Assembly: GCA_028867755.1 (NCBI GenBank)
Contig: JAGWFT010000001.1
Location: 580,727-644,726 of the forward strand
Source of the DNA: Nitrososphaerota archaeon
GTDB taxonomy: Archaea; Thermoproteota; Nitrososphaeria; Nitrososphaerales; Nitrosopumilaceae
Length of the DNA: 64,000 nt
Reading direction: 5' to 3'
Shown here: positions 1 through 10,605 of the stretch, piece after piece
Layout: each line of letters begins with the position of its first letter
Numbering within the stretch: the stretch's first letter is position 1
Notes under the pieces: generated by a model
Told to the model about the DNA's origin: nothing
Databases searched by the model: none
The model's input: only the letters and a program-made list of their open reading frames with translations
Program-made: the position numbers and the translations under genes

Positions 1-1960
1 TGATGAGAACAGGTATGTTTTTTCTAATAGTAAGATTGGCAAAATCTTCAATTTTTATTATTTCTTCTTCTGTAAGGTTTGAATGATGAGTAATGTCAAG
101 TCTTGCATAATCCTTGTCCTTGAACGCTGAATGTTGCCAAATCCATGAACCTAAAGTGTTTCTTGCAGATGCATTAATGACATGTGTACTTGTATGGTGT
201 CGTGTTATACCGTAACGCCGTGCCACATCTATCTTGCATTTTACATTTTCCCCCTCTTTAGGAGTTCCACCTCTTGTTTCATGAACTACGATGTTACCAT
301 GTTTATTCACATCAACAACATCATAGTTTTCAATCCTTCCATGGTCAGGCTCTTGACCGCCCCCTCTTGGATAAAATGACGTTTTATCAAGTATCACATA
401 CTTTCCATTTATGACTTTGAGTACCTTGGCTTCAAATTCATATGGATCTTCTTTGTAGTACAGCAAATTTGTATCTGGAATTTTATCTAAATCCATCTGT
501 ATTGCTTTTTCAGCCTTCTCTGATTGATGTAGATCAGACAGTCTTTCGTAAAATGTAGGAGGTATTTCTGAAATGATCAGGGTCTCTTTTAGAAAATCAG
601 GTGTTATACCATCTGATTCGTATAATCTAATTAAATCCTCTACAGTTAATTTCTTGTTTTGTGATTTTAATGTACTTGCAATATTTGTCATCCTAATTCG
701 TGATTCTTTATAACGCTCCTTCTCAATCTTGATTATTGTTTTGACATCTTTTCGAGTTCCTTCAAGTTCTGGGTATGTTGATTTTAGATAATCTATGTGC
801 AAGTCAATTAGATTGTCAAGATCAAAGTTCCACCCAAACCTATCTATTGTTGCTAACGTGCGTCTCAGTATCATCCTTAGATTGTATCCTCCACCGACAT
901 TACTTGGCAATGCGCCATCTGAGATGGCAAATATTAGAGTTCTTAGATGGTCTGCAATGAGATAGATTCCTTCTAGAGGTGAAATCATCTTCTCCATTTT
1001 ATTATTGTCAATTTCTGCCTCTGCAGCAGCATTTTTTCTTGCTATTGATATGTCAGTAGACTCGGATAATGTCTTGGAGATAGCTCTGAAATATCTCGAT
1101 ATGATATTAGAATTTAATTCGAGGCCTGTCTTTTCTGTCATGTGTTTTATTATGGGACCAAAACAACAATCATAGGCAGTTGGAGTTCCCATTGTAATCC
1201 ATGCAAATCGTTCAAGTCCTGCTCCCATATCTATAATTTTTTGGTCTAATACAGAATAGTTTTCTAAATTGCCTTGGAATTCAGTAAATACCGCATTACC
1301 TAGTTCTAATCCTCGTACGAAATATTCTAACGATGATCCAAACGAACCTCCACCTGCCCATACGTCTTCCACAAAAACTATCTCTTCTTTGTTAATCCCA
1401 AATCTGTCAGTGAGTAGTCTAAAATCTAGCTCAACACATTTGTCCTTCCAATAACCTTGCGAGTTTGGTATGCTGTGTTGGCCAATCATGCAAAAACTTG
1501 AAAAGTGTCTGCCTGTCACTCCCACATTTTCTATATCTTTGAATCTAAGGCATGTTTGTGGTACAATCAAAGGATTTGCCGGAAACTCAAAGACTACTTT
1601 TGAACCCATCACTCTTTGAAAATCAACAATGGATGCAATTGTAAAGTATAGATCGTCTCTCCATCTGCATACTACTGGATATCTGCTAACTGATTTGTGT
1701 CCGTTACTTACAAAAAAGGATTCTACTTCTTTCCAAGCTTGTGTATAATCAAATCGCTTTTTGGTAGGAGGATCTCCTATGAATGAATAGCTATTTTCTA
1801 AATGGTCAGGGCAAAAATTTTGTCCATTATCTAGCACCCAAAAATATCTACCACATTTGGAACATGATTTTCTCTTGAATCCCTCTTTTTCAAAAAGGGC
1901 AACCTTGTAATACCTATCTGGGTCTGATGAAAACTTGGCAAGAATCTCACTCTTGTCCAT
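1..1960 (-). CDS. alaS: Alanyl-tRNA synthetase, archaeal type (5' part; runs off the window start; not in the ORF track)
   Basis: Manual translation from the ATG at 1960 gives MDKSEILAKFSSDPDRYY...CSKCGRYFW...RWRDDLYFTIASIVDFQ...QTCLRFKDIENVGVTGRHFSSFCMIGQH...EDVWAGGGSFG, which are archaeal AlaRS motifs. Confidence 0.95.
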   Translation of the reverse strand, partial: MDKSEILAKFSSDPDRYYKVALFEKEGFKRKSCSKCGRYFWVLDNGQNFCPDHLENSYSFIGDPPTKKRFDYTQAWKEVESFFVSNGHKSVSRYPVVCRWRDDLYFTIASIVDFQRVMGSKVVFEFPANPLIVPQTCLRFKDIENVGVTGRHFSSFCMIGQHSIPNSQGYWKDKCVELDFRLLTDRFGINKEEIVFVEDVWAGGGSFGSSLEYFVRGLELGNAVFTEFQGNLENYSVLDQKIIDMGAGLERFAWITMGTPTAYDCCFGPIIKHMTEKTGLELNSNIISRYFRAISKTLSESTDISIARKNAAAEAEIDNNKMEKMISPLEGIYLIADHLRTLIFAISDGALPSNVGGGYNLRMILRRTLATIDRFGWNFDLDNLIDLHIDYLKSTYPELEGTRKDVKTIIKIEKERYKESRIRMTNIASTLKSQNKKLTVEDLIRLYESDGITPDFLKETLIISEIPPTFYERLSDLHQSEKAEKAIQMDLDKIPDTNLLYYKEDPYEFEAKVLKVINGKYVILDKTSFYPRGGGQEPDHGRIENYDVVDVNKHGNIVVHETRGGTPKEGENVKCKIDVARRYGITRHHTSTHVINASARNTLGSWIWQHSAFKDKDYARLDITHHSNLTEEEIIKIEDFANLTIRKNIPVLI

Positions 1961-2037
1961 TTCACAAGTTTTTGTTCCGATGGATATTAAGCATTCTGAA
2001 GCAACACATTAAATATGATCTTTTTTGAGAATTTCTT

Positions 2038-2550
2038 ATGTTCATATTTGAAAAGAAAGGCTGGAAAGAGGGAGATTATGTTTTTGCTTCCCAACAAAAC
2101 GGCGACTATCGAGATGTTGTAATAGGTATTGTAACAGGAATAGAGAACTCCAAAATAGGAGTGAACGGTATCATAATAAATCCAGTTGGCCTGAAAAACA
2201 AGGTTTCTCAAGGAAAGGCTGGTCCACAATCAGAACAGATATTGAAAAATCCTAATCCAAAAGAGGTCATCTTTGCTTTAATCTACAGAGTTGAATATGA
2301 CAACTTTACAGGAATTTTTGATGTAGGCACTGACCATGTAGAGAAACTACACAAAAATATTTACAGTATTATCACTGGATGGGTAAGAGAATCTATTCCA
2401 GAATTGATAAACAATGTTCTTTCTTTGTCCGATGGACTAGATAAGGATCAGGCAAAAAGGCTTTTGAAACAAAGGATGGATACACTGTATGATAAGGATC
2501 TAAAGAGATACATGTATTCTATTTGCAGAAGTCTGAAGATCCTCAATTAA
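2038..2550 (+). CDS. Hypothetical protein
   Basis: 170-aa ORF with normal composition, co-oriented with rpl12; no motif recognised. Confidence 0.7.
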   Translation: MFIFEKKGWKEGDYVFASQQNGDYRDVVIGIVTGIENSKIGVNGIIINPVGLKNKVSQGKAGPQSEQILKNPNPKEVIFALIYRVEYDNFTGIFDVGTDHVEKLHKNIYSIITGWVRESIPELINNVLSLSDGLDKDQAKRLLKQRMDTLYDKDLKRYMYSICRSLKILN

Positions 2551-2629
2551 CTTATTTACCGTCTATATTTTTTGTAAGCAAGAAAATCTCCATAGTTTTA
2601 TATTATGGCTCTTGCAAATTCCGTTTACA

Positions 2630-2932
2630 ATGGAATACGTATACGCTGCATTGCTTTTGCACAAAGAAAAGAAGGAAATCAATGAGGCAAATATTACTAG
2701 TATAATTAAGGCCTCAGGAGCTACAGTAAACGAAGCTCAAGTAAAAGCACTCATAGCAGCATTAGCTGATGTGAACATTGAAGAGGCAATTAAAGCTGCA
2801 CCAGTTGCAGTAGCCGCAGCACCAGCAGCATCCGCAGCAAGTGGTGCTAAAGAAGAAAAGAAAGAAGCTGAAGTACCCTCTGGAAAGACTGAAGAGCAGG
2901 CAATGGAAGGCCTTTCAGCACTGTTCGGTTAA
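2630..2932 (+). CDS. rpl12: 50S ribosomal stalk protein L12 (aP1)
   Basis: [11 protein letters not shown] start, Ala-rich hinge, acidic C-terminus ending EGLSALFG; start moved to the ATG at 2630. Confidence 0.97.
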   Translation: MEYVYAALLLHKEKKEINEANITSIIKASGATVNEAQVKALIAALADVNIEEAIKAAPVAVAAAPAASAASGAKEEKKEAEVPSGKTEEQAMEGLSALFG

Positions 2933-3002
2933 ATCTGTCATTTTATTTCCTTTTTTGTAATTCTCTAAAGATTATTTACTATCTTATCTAATACCTTGTA
3001 AT

Positions 3003-3638
3003 TTGACAGAGTTTTCATTACCTGTTCAGGCCACCATTCTTGCCTTGGACCTTTTTGGAACCATGGCTTTTGCTGTTACTGGTGCATTCAAGGCAATTGA
3101 ACACAAAGCCGATATTGTTGGCATAATAATTCTATCAACAATTACTGGTGTGGCGGGAGGAATTCTGAGAGATATAGTGATGGGACACTTTCCCCCTCAT
3201 TCTATATCTGATCCTTATTACATGATCATAACTGTAACAACTGGAATTATCATATTCTTTCTATATCCAAAAATGCAAAAACACTGGAATTTATTTTTAA
3301 AATTTGATGCAATAGGACTTGGAGTTTTTACTGCTATTGGGGCAACATTTGCATATGAACTCTATGGTATGAATTTTCTTGCTATTGCTTTAGCAGGTAT
3401 GGTAACTGCTGTTGGGGGTGGAATTTTACGTGATATGTTCGTAAACGAAGTACCTATGGTATTTGTAAAAGAACTATATGCTTCTGCAAGTTTTCTTGGC
3501 GTGTTAGTTTTCTATATTGCACTTACCATCGATTATAATCTAGAGATTGCAACAATATCTTCTATTGTAGTTACAACTATACTTAGACTTGTAGCAATGA
3601 AATACAACTGGAATTTGCCAAAGGCACGTGAAAAATAA
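3003..3638 (+). CDS. Trimeric intracellular cation channel family / UPF0126 membrane protein
   Basis: Duplicated D..G...FA..GA / T..GGG.LRD motifs; about 7 TM segments. Confidence 0.88.
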   Translation: MTEFSLPVQATILALDLFGTMAFAVTGAFKAIEHKADIVGIIILSTITGVAGGILRDIVMGHFPPHSISDPYYMIITVTTGIIIFFLYPKMQKHWNLFLKFDAIGLGVFTAIGATFAYELYGMNFLAIALAGMVTAVGGGILRDMFVNEVPMVFVKELYASASFLGVLVFYIALTIDYNLEIATISSIVVTTILRLVAMKYNWNLPKAREK

Positions 3639-3647
3639 ATTTCTTAT

Positions 3648-4514
3648 TTACTGTGAGGTATAATTCTTTAATTTGCCTGCCAGCGCAGTCGCCTGGGCGT
3701 GAGCTTTTTGGAGTGTCTGTTTCCTAGTTTCCTCAGTTAGGTAACCTGATTCGATAGCAAGTGATCTGGCATGTTGTGCGGCTCTTGCAAGAATTGCATT
3801 GACATTTTCCTTTGTCACATATCCTATCTCAATGGATAGGGACATTGCTTCTTGATGGGCCCTTGCAAATGCCTCTCTATACTTTTCTACATCAATTATT
3901 AGTTCTTCTTGATTGTAGACTATACTTTCCTCTAACGCTGAGTTCAGAATGATTCCTGCCTCGACTGGTTTGACATCAAGCTTACTGAGAAGAGTTGCAA
4001 GTTTTGTAGAAATTACATCACCTTTCTTTGCAGCAGTAGAGTCTTTAGTTATCCAAATTGTCCCTTGATCAATCTTTGTAGCAACTCCAGCCTCCTTGAA
4101 ATCAGTAAGGATCGGACCAGGAGTTATTCCTGTGTTACCTGCCTTTATGATGACATCAATACTTGCCTTGTCTCCACCTCTAGCCGCTAACATTATCTTG
4201 TTCTTCCCAAGCAAAATGTTTAGCTTATGCGGGCTCATGTTTGTGAACATTAAGACACATTGACCAACCAGTTTGTCAACCAACTTTTCGATTGCTGGCA
4301 TCTTAAGTGCAGTGAGTGCTTTTTGAGCTACTTTGTCTTTAATACTGATGATCTCAACTTCGTTTTTGAATTTCTTCCTTAATGGTAATAACTGAGAAGA
4401 TCTGACCTTTTCCATTCGCACTAGTGCGATTACTTTGTATTTTTTTGGAAGTTCTTGTACCTGTTGATACATCTGCATTTTCTTTTGGGGATATTCAGTT
4501 CTATTCTGATGCAT
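3648..4514 (-). CDS. rpl10: 50S ribosomal protein L10 (P0)
   Basis: AARGGDKAS...GNTGITPGPILTDFKEAGVATKIDQGTIWI, the uL10/P0 insertion domain. Confidence 0.95.
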   Translation of the reverse strand: MHQNRTEYPQKKMQMYQQVQELPKKYKVIALVRMEKVRSSQLLPLRKKFKNEVEIISIKDKVAQKALTALKMPAIEKLVDKLVGQCVLMFTNMSPHKLNILLGKNKIMLAARGGDKASIDVIIKAGNTGITPGPILTDFKEAGVATKIDQGTIWITKDSTAAKKGDVISTKLATLLSKLDVKPVEAGIILNSALEESIVYNQEELIIDVEKYREAFARAHQEAMSLSIEIGYVTKENVNAILARAAQHARSLAIESGYLTEETRKQTLQKAHAQATALAGKLKNYTSQ

Positions 4515-4515
4515 C

Positions 4516-5169
4516 TTACTTCGTTCCTGCCTGTGGTTTGATTACTTTGCCCATGGTAGTCTTCACCATGATTTTCTTAATGTTCTTGTCACCGCTTGGT
4601 AGTTTTTTCTCAATGGTATTGATTACTGCATTTGCGTTAGCAGCTAAATCATCATCTGACATGGATTCATCACCTATCATGCATGCCAATGAAAGAGAAT
4701 TTCTCAGTCTTACTCTAATTGAGGATCTGAATCTTTCTAATATTGTATCTATTGGTGCATTGAATGGAACTGGAGTTGGCATCTTTCCTCTTGGGCCCAT
4801 AAATTGACCTAGTATCTTACCAACATTAGCCATAAGTTGAGTATCTGCAAGAAAGAAATCGTAACCATTAATCAGTTTGCGTGACTCCCTCTTGTTGGTA
4901 CCAATTTGTGTCAGTTGGGCTCCATCCACAACCTTGTCAGCATTTGCACTTTTGGCCTTCAGTCCGAGATCGCCTGAAGCAATCACACACACAGATGCAG
5001 GCTGGTTTAATTTCTTTGGTAACTGAACAGTCTCGTTAATGGCAAATCCTTTCTTAACATCGATATCCTTGAAAACCATGATTAGCTCTACGGATTGCTT
5101 GAATTTTCTCTCCTTCTGCTCCTTCTTAGCTTCAGTTATCATTTGAGCTACTTGTAATTCGTTGATCAT
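4516..5169 (-). CDS. rpl1: 50S ribosomal protein L1
   Basis: RKFKQSVEL, LGQFMGPRGKMP, VKTTMG motifs. Confidence 0.97.
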   Translation of the reverse strand: MINELQVAQMITEAKKEQKERKFKQSVELIMVFKDIDVKKGFAINETVQLPKKLNQPASVCVIASGDLGLKAKSANADKVVDGAQLTQIGTNKRESRKLINGYDFFLADTQLMANVGKILGQFMGPRGKMPTPVPFNAPIDTILERFRSSIRVRLRNSLSLACMIGDESMSDDDLAANANAVINTIEKKLPSGDKNIKKIMVKTTMGKVIKPQAGTK

Positions 5170-5335
5170 TACGAAAGGGCTTTCTGAATGCCTATTTAAA
5201 ATCGTTTACTGGCAGAATTATTCGGAAAAGACCTACATCTAAAAATTTCATCTTATGAAATTTAAGTTGTAAGAACATCAGTTTTCTATAACAGAACTTA
5301 CATTTATTAAATAGTAACAAAAAGTAGTCGCAAAG

Positions 5336-5794
5336 TTGCACAAATTTGACGAACTAGACATGAAAATAATTACTGAACTCACCAGAGACGGTAATATTTC
5401 TGTGCCAAACCTTTCAAAAAAATTAGGAATAAACACATCTGTACTATATAGTAGGATCAAAAGGCTCACCAAAAAGAAATTAGTAAAGAAGTTTACAATA
5501 GTGGTAGATGAATCGCTAATAGGTATTGGTGTAAGAGCTACGATGGGAATCAACAGAGACCCTAAGTTAAAGGATCAAATTCACAAATCTCTCATGAAAA
5601 CACCCGAAGTCATAGAAATATCTGAGGTTACTGGCAGGTTTGATATTCTAATTACTCTGAGAGCCAAGAATCTGGAAGAATTACATACTGTTGCAATTGA
5701 AAAGATTGGAAAGATAGAGGGAATACAAAATACTGAAACTTTTGTCGAACTTCAGAGAACGGATAAAGATCCTGTATACTCTATGACCGAATAG
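5336..5794 (+). CDS. Lrp/AsnC family transcriptional regulator
   Basis: DELDMKIITEL...HTH...RIKRL; C-terminal VTGRFDILI RAM domain. Confidence 0.92.
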   Translation: MHKFDELDMKIITELTRDGNISVPNLSKKLGINTSVLYSRIKRLTKKKLVKKFTIVVDESLIGIGVRATMGINRDPKLKDQIHKSLMKTPEVIEISEVTGRFDILITLRAKNLEELHTVAIEKIGKIEGIQNTETFVELQRTDKDPVYSMTE

Positions 5795-5795
5795 T

Positions 5796-6278
5796 TTACT
5801 TGAACTTCTCTTCCCATTTGCCTGCGTTAATTTCTGCAGTTACTTCTTTGGGATTCTTTCCATCTACCTTTATTCCAAGAGATAAGCATGTTCCAATGAC
5901 CTCTTTTGCTGCAGCTTTAAAGTCTATGGCATAAGACGAATCAATTTTTAATTTTGCAACCTTTACGGCAGAATCAATTGTAATCTCGCCAACCCAAGTA
6001 GCACCAGATGTTCCTGATCCTTTTTGAAGACCAGCCTCTTTCAAAATTAGTGCTGCTGCAGAAGGAATTCCCACATCTACTGTCCATTGTTTACTTTTCT
6101 TATCTACAGTGACAGTAACTGGAATTTTCATGCCCTCGAAATCTTTTGTTTTCTCGTTAATGGTACTAACTATCTGTAGGATGTTCACGCCCAATGGTCC
6201 TAACGTAGGGCCTAATGGAGGACCAGCACTTGCTTGTCCGCCTGTTACAAGTGCAGAAACTGTTTGAACATCTGTCAT
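5796..6278 (-). CDS. rpl11: 50S ribosomal protein L11
   Basis: GGQASAGPPLGPTLGPLGVN; IGTCLSLGI. Confidence 0.97.
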   Translation of the reverse strand: MTDVQTVSALVTGGQASAGPPLGPTLGPLGVNILQIVSTINEKTKDFEGMKIPVTVTVDKKSKQWTVDVGIPSAAALILKEAGLQKGSGTSGATWVGEITIDSAVKVAKLKIDSSYAIDFKAAAKEVIGTCLSLGIKVDGKNPKEVTAEINAGKWEEKFK

Positions 6279-6315
6279 GATTTCTCTTCCCTCTTTACTG
6301 TAAATTTAATCCTTG

Positions 6316-6771
6316 CTACTGTGATGATGGTTTGAGATAGTTTGCATCTACAGTTACTGGAAGTTGATAAGGTGCATCGAGCAAAATCACAGTTGCTTCT
6401 TCTTTATCATGATCAATTCTGGTGATTGTTGCTTTCATGCCTTTGAAAGGACCTCCAATTATCTCAACTATTTGATCAACTGAAAGCTCTGACACGGTAG
6501 ATTTCTTTATAAGATATCCCTCGATGTCTTTGAATTGCAATTCTCCTCTAAGCTGGCCTCTGATGTGTCTCATTCCTTGCAAAGCATCAAATGCAGCATT
6601 TGCATCAATTGCCTCCAATACCACATATCCTTTTAGATTTTCCAATAACAAAACAGATTGTATGTTTAATTTCTTTAACTTGATTCGATTGTCCAAGAGT
6701 CCAAGTACTACCTTTTCTTGGCCTCCAGTGGTCCTAATTGCAAAAAAATGAGATTTTATTTCCTGCGTCAA
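6316..6771 (-). CDS. spt5: Transcription elongation factor Spt5/NusG
   Basis: NGN domain (RTTGGQE, LKGYVVLEA) plus KOW motif VEIIGGPFKG. Confidence 0.95.
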   Translation of the reverse strand: MTQEIKSHFFAIRTTGGQEKVVLGLLDNRIKLKKLNIQSVLLLENLKGYVVLEAIDANAAFDALQGMRHIRGQLRGELQFKDIEGYLIKKSTVSELSVDQIVEIIGGPFKGMKATITRIDHDKEEATVILLDAPYQLPVTVDANYLKPSSQ

Positions 6772-6773
6772 GT

Positions 6774-6953
6774 CTACCTGTGTCCTAAATTGATTACTGC
6801 AAATGTAAACTGTATTATGAAACCGATGCCACCAACAGTAGCCATTCCTAGAACCACTAATCGTAAATGCTGCATATAGTCATCCTTGTCTGACTTCCTT
6901 GCAAGCTTTATGGTGTTTGCCATATCCTTCAACATTTGTCTTGGGTTTACCAT
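6774..6953 (-). CDS. secE: Protein translocase subunit SecE/Sec61-gamma (59 aa; not in the ORF track)
   Basis: Manual translation MVNPRQMLKDMANTIKLARKSDKDDYMQHLRLVVLGMATVGGIGFIIQFTFAVINLGHR; LARK motif, one TM, canonical position upstream of spt5. Confidence 0.92.
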   Translation of the reverse strand: MVNPRQMLKDMANTIKLARKSDKDDYMQHLRLVVLGMATVGGIGFIIQFTFAVINLGHR

Positions 6954-6992
6954 TGAAGGAAGTTAATAAAGTGTACTTATAATCCTTATTTT

Positions 6993-7769
6993 ATGCAGTT
7001 ACTCGTAGCGTATCAATTAGATCCAGCTGGTTACAATATGGCATCTTACATTATGCAAGACATGAAAACCCAGGGAGATATTTATCATGGAAAAAATTTT
7101 GATCTCGTTGTGATTTCTACACCATCGATCTCTGCTGATTGGATCGAAGAAAAATATCAGTATGACAGTTATGTATTTTTGTCAAAACATGCATCTGAAA
7201 GTGGTGATCTTGCACTTACTTGTCATAGTACTGGAAATTTTTCTGAAGCACAATTTGGTGGATTTTCTAGACAGATAGCTGTACCACATCCGCATCTTCA
7301 AAAATCATACATGAAACATTTATGGACGAAAAGAAGCGATTTCTCAAAATTTGAGATTACTATTGAGGCTACTCATCATGGGCCTACTGCTTTAACTAAG
7401 CCAACACTATTCATTGAAATTGGAACAACGCAAAAGGAATGGGATGACAAGAAACTCTGTGAAAATGTGGCTAAAATAGTAGTAGAAGAGATCTGCAAAG
7501 AGCCAGAAAAGCACAAAGTTGCAATATGCTTCGGAGGAACCCATTATCCAAAGAAATTCACAAAGGAATTGATCGAAGGAGAGTTTGCTCTTGGCACTGT
7601 TGTACCAAAACATGCATTAGATCATTTAGACAACATTCTTTTTTCACATATGTTAGACAGAAACAAAGAAGCCAAGTATGCTCTAGTTGATTGGAGCAGT
7701 CTTGGCAAAAACAAACAAAAGGTAGTTACTCTTATACAAAATACCGATTTAGAGATGATAAAAGTTTGA
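6993..7769 (+). CDS. dtdA: D-aminoacyl-tRNA deacylase (DTD2/GEK1 type)
   Basis: FLSKHASE, LTCHSTGNF, EATHHGPT, FIEIG, FGGTHY motifs. Confidence 0.93.
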   Translation: MQLLVAYQLDPAGYNMASYIMQDMKTQGDIYHGKNFDLVVISTPSISADWIEEKYQYDSYVFLSKHASESGDLALTCHSTGNFSEAQFGGFSRQIAVPHPHLQKSYMKHLWTKRSDFSKFEITIEATHHGPTALTKPTLFIEIGTTQKEWDDKKLCENVAKIVVEEICKEPEKHKVAICFGGTHYPKKFTKELIEGEFALGTVVPKHALDHLDNILFSHMLDRNKEAKYALVDWSSLGKNKQKVVTLIQNTDLEMIKV

Positions 7770-8062
7770 ATCTAGAAGAAAAGGTCTACAAAAAATTAAT
7801 GGAAGTTCCAAAAGGCCATGTTACAACATATGGTGATCTAGCAAAAGCAGTTGGACTAAAAAATGGTCAGAGAGTAATAGGGAGAATCATGAACAAAAAT
7901 CCTTACCCAGTCATAGTTCCATGTCATCGTGTTATCATGTCAAGCGGCAAAATAGGTGGGTATGCGTGGGGTGAAAAAATCAAGACTAACATGCTTACAA
8001 AAGAGGGAATAAGAATTAAAGATGGTAAAATATCTGATCCTAAAATAATTCACAGATTTTGA
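7766..8062 (+). CDS. ogt: Methylated-DNA--protein-cysteine methyltransferase (MGMT C-terminal domain)
   Basis: VPKGHVTTYGDLA, NPYPVIVPCHRV active site; probable TTG start at 7766. Confidence 0.92.
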   Translation: MNLEEKVYKKLMEVPKGHVTTYGDLAKAVGLKNGQRVIGRIMNKNPYPVIVPCHRVIMSSGKIGGYAWGEKIKTNMLTKEGIRIKDGKISDPKIIHRF

Positions 8063-8064
8063 TC

Positions 8065-8514
8065 TTATTTCTTGGAACGGACTTCTTCTATCAAGCTTCT
8101 AAGATGAGCAAGATTTCTTACTTGATTTCCGCTCACTTGTTTGTACAAGTTCCAGTATGATTCATTTGTTATTTCTTTTCTCCCCTTGGATACGTGTAGT
8201 TGATGACGCATTGCTCTTATTCTCTTTACATAGACTTCCTTCTTTCCAACTCGTGCTCCTTTTGCACCTTTCCTAGATCCATGTTTGGTACTACGCTTGC
8301 TTCGCTGTCTTTTTTTAAAGTGGGCTCTTCCTTTGGAAGTGCCCTTGATTGATTTTATCTCTATCACATTTGCAGTAATCAAACTTCGTATGTTATCACG
8401 GGTAATGGCATCTGCAACATCATCAAGATGAGCTGGATCAAACTTTACTCTATCAACGCCCACTCCAAGGATTCTGGAGACAAGCTGTCTCTTTGTCCTA
8501 AGATTTACTACCAC
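8065..8514 (-). CDS. rpl19e: 50S ribosomal protein L19e
   Basis: NLRTKRQLVSRILGVGVDRV, AITRDNIRSLI, GSRKG. Confidence 0.96.
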   Translation of the reverse strand: MVVNLRTKRQLVSRILGVGVDRVKFDPAHLDDVADAITRDNIRSLITANVIEIKSIKGTSKGRAHFKKRQRSKRSTKHGSRKGAKGARVGKKEVYVKRIRAMRHQLHVSKGRKEITNESYWNLYKQVSGNQVRNLAHLRSLIEEVRSKK

Positions 8515-8899
8515 TTGTTGACACTCTCGCGTTGAAAACCCTGAAGTTCATTTCTTTTGCCTTGGCAATGATCTCAAGTCTCTTCTTCTTTCCTACACTA
8601 TGACCAAACCTAACGCCATCAGTTTTAGGATTAAGTTTTGCCAAGTCTTTCAAGTTGTAAACTAGATTATCGGTATAGCCAGATGGATGAAGTCCTCTTG
8701 CAATCTTAGGTCCGCCATATCCTACTTTCACAAGGGATGGCCAGCCTTTCTTTTGTTTTCTTTGATGATTATCCATTCCTTTTGGTTTTCTCCATGAAAC
8801 AGCAAGTCTGGCATATCGCCAACTTTCCTGTCTAACAAAGCTAGGCTTGTTCTGTAATACTTTTTTCCTAAGTTCTAAAGCTTCTTTGTTGATGGGCAT
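8498..8899 (-). CDS. rpl32e: 50S ribosomal protein L32e
   Basis: PSFVRQESWRY, WRKPKGMDN, VKVGYG, RGLHPSG. Confidence 0.96.
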   Translation of the reverse strand: MPINKEALELRKKVLQNKPSFVRQESWRYARLAVSWRKPKGMDNHQRKQKKGWPSLVKVGYGGPKIARGLHPSGYTDNLVYNLKDLAKLNPKTDGVRFGHSVGKKKRLEIIAKAKEMNFRVFNARVSTSGSKS

Positions 8900-9000
8900 G
8901 TAAAGATCACTGCCTAAATTTTACAATAAATACGTTTCTTGATAAAGGCACACGTGATCCGAAGAGATAATAAGGAAATTCCAACGAGTCGGTTTACCCA

Positions 9001-10605
9001 ATGATTGAGGATTTGGAGCCAGCCAGTACACGTCTACTCGTATCTCAGTTGGAACAAATTGGTATCAAACCGGGAACGATACACAGAAACTTACAAGTCA
9101 AAAATCTGACAGATCTCATAATTGGAAAAAATGAGGGGCTTTTGACTGCAAATAATGCAATATCTGTTAAAACTGGTAAATATACAGGACGATCTCCAGA
9201 TGATAGATTTATCGTAGATAATGAACAAACTCATGATACCGTAGACTGGGGAAAGATAAATCATCCATTTCCAGAAGATAAATTCGACAAACTCTTTGAG
9301 AAGATGAAAAGACATCTAGAAGCCAAGGAGATATTTGTTTTTGATGGATTTGTTGGGGCAGATCCTGAACACAGATTGTCGATTAGAATTATCACCGATC
9401 ATGCTTGGCAAAATTTGTTTGTAAGACAGTTATTCATAAGGCCATCCTCATCAGAACTTGAGTCTCATAAACCAGAATATACACTTCTTGCAATAAATGA
9501 TTTCAAAGCCATTCCTGAAGATGATGGTACTAGAACAGACGTCTTCATCATACTCAACTATACAAAAAAAGTTGTTCTTATTGGTGGTACTTCTTATGCA
9601 GGAGAGATAAAGAAAGCAATGTTTTCTGTGATGAATTATTCTCTCCCGTCAAAAGGAGTCTTTCCAATGCACTGTTCTGCTAATATAGGAAAGAACGGTG
9701 ATACTTCTCTATTCTTTGGACTTTCTGGTACTGGAAAGACAACGTTGTCTGCTGATTCCAATAGGATGTTAATAGGAGACGATGAACATGGATGGGCTGA
9801 TAGAGGTGTATTTAATTTTGAAGGTGGTTGTTATGCCAAATGCATTAATCTCAATAGAGAAGCTGAACCACAAATCTGGGATGCGATAAGGTCTGGAACT
9901 GTATTAGAAAATGTAATAGTCGATAATAAAACTATGATGCCTAACTTCAATGATGGAAGTTTGACAGAAAATACCCGAGCTGCATATCCTCTTGACTATA
10001 TTCCAGGTGCAGTAATTCCAAGCTTGGGAGGTAACCCAAACGTCATAATTTTTCTTACAGCTGATGCATTTGGGGTAATGCCTCCAATTGCAAGATTGAC
10101 AAAAGAAGGAGCTATGTATCATTTTATGTCAGGTTATACAAGTAAACTTGCTGGTACAGAAAGAGGAATAACAGAACCCAAGGCCACATTTTCAGAATGT
10201 TTTGGTGCACCATTCATGTCAAGACATGCATCTGTTTATGCAAAACTTCTAGGAGAGAAGATTACTAAACACAATACTGTCGTGTACCTTGTCAATACGG
10301 GATGGTCGGGTGGCCCATATGGTATAGGAAAGAGAATGAATATCAGTCATACAAGAAGAATGGTCACTGCTGCGCTTACAGGAGAACTTGATACTGTAAA
10401 GTACAGGCATGATGATATCTTCAACCTAGATGTACCTGCTGAATGCCCAGGAGTCCCATCTGAGGTATTAAATCCTCGTAACACTTGGTCTGAGAAGGAT
10501 GCATACGATAATTCTGCAAGGAAACTTGCTCAAATGTTTGTAGAAAACTTTAGAAAATTTGGCAATGTTTCAAAGGATATAGTGGATGCTGGACCAAAAA
10601 TCTAG
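9001..10605 (+). CDS. pckA: Phosphoenolpyruvate carboxykinase (ATP)
   Basis: TGRSP, YAGEIKK, FFGLSGTGKTTLS P-loop, LIGDDEHGW, FNFEGGCYAK. Confidence 0.97.
   Translation: MIEDLEPASTRLLVSQLEQIGIKPGTIHRNLQVKNLTDLIIGKNEGLLTANNAISVKTGKYTGRSPDDRFIVDNEQTHDTVDWGKINHPFPEDKFDKLFEKMKRHLEAKEIFVFDGFVGADPEHRLSIRIITDHAWQNLFVRQLFIRPSSSELESHKPEYTLLAINDFKAIPEDDGTRTDVFIILNYTKKVVLIGGTSYAGEIKKAMFSVMNYSLPSKGVFPMHCSANIGKNGDTSLFFGLSGTGKTTLSADSNRMLIGDDEHGWADRGVFNFEGGCYAKCINLNREAEPQIWDAIRSGTVLENVIVDNKTMMPNFNDGSLTENTRAAYPLDYIPGAVIPSLGGNPNVIIFLTADAFGVMPPIARLTKEGAMYHFMSGYTSKLAGTERGITEPKATFSECFGAPFMSRHASVYAKLLGEKITKHNTVVYLVNTGWSGGPYGIGKRMNISHTRRMVTAALTGELDTVKYRHDDIFNLDVPAECPGVPSEVLNPRNTWSEKDAYDNSARKLAQMFVENFRKFGNVSKDIVDAGPKI

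Noticed and set aside
182-1454. Short + strand ORFs (182, 775, 1269)
   Set aside because: They are antisense shadows of alaS.
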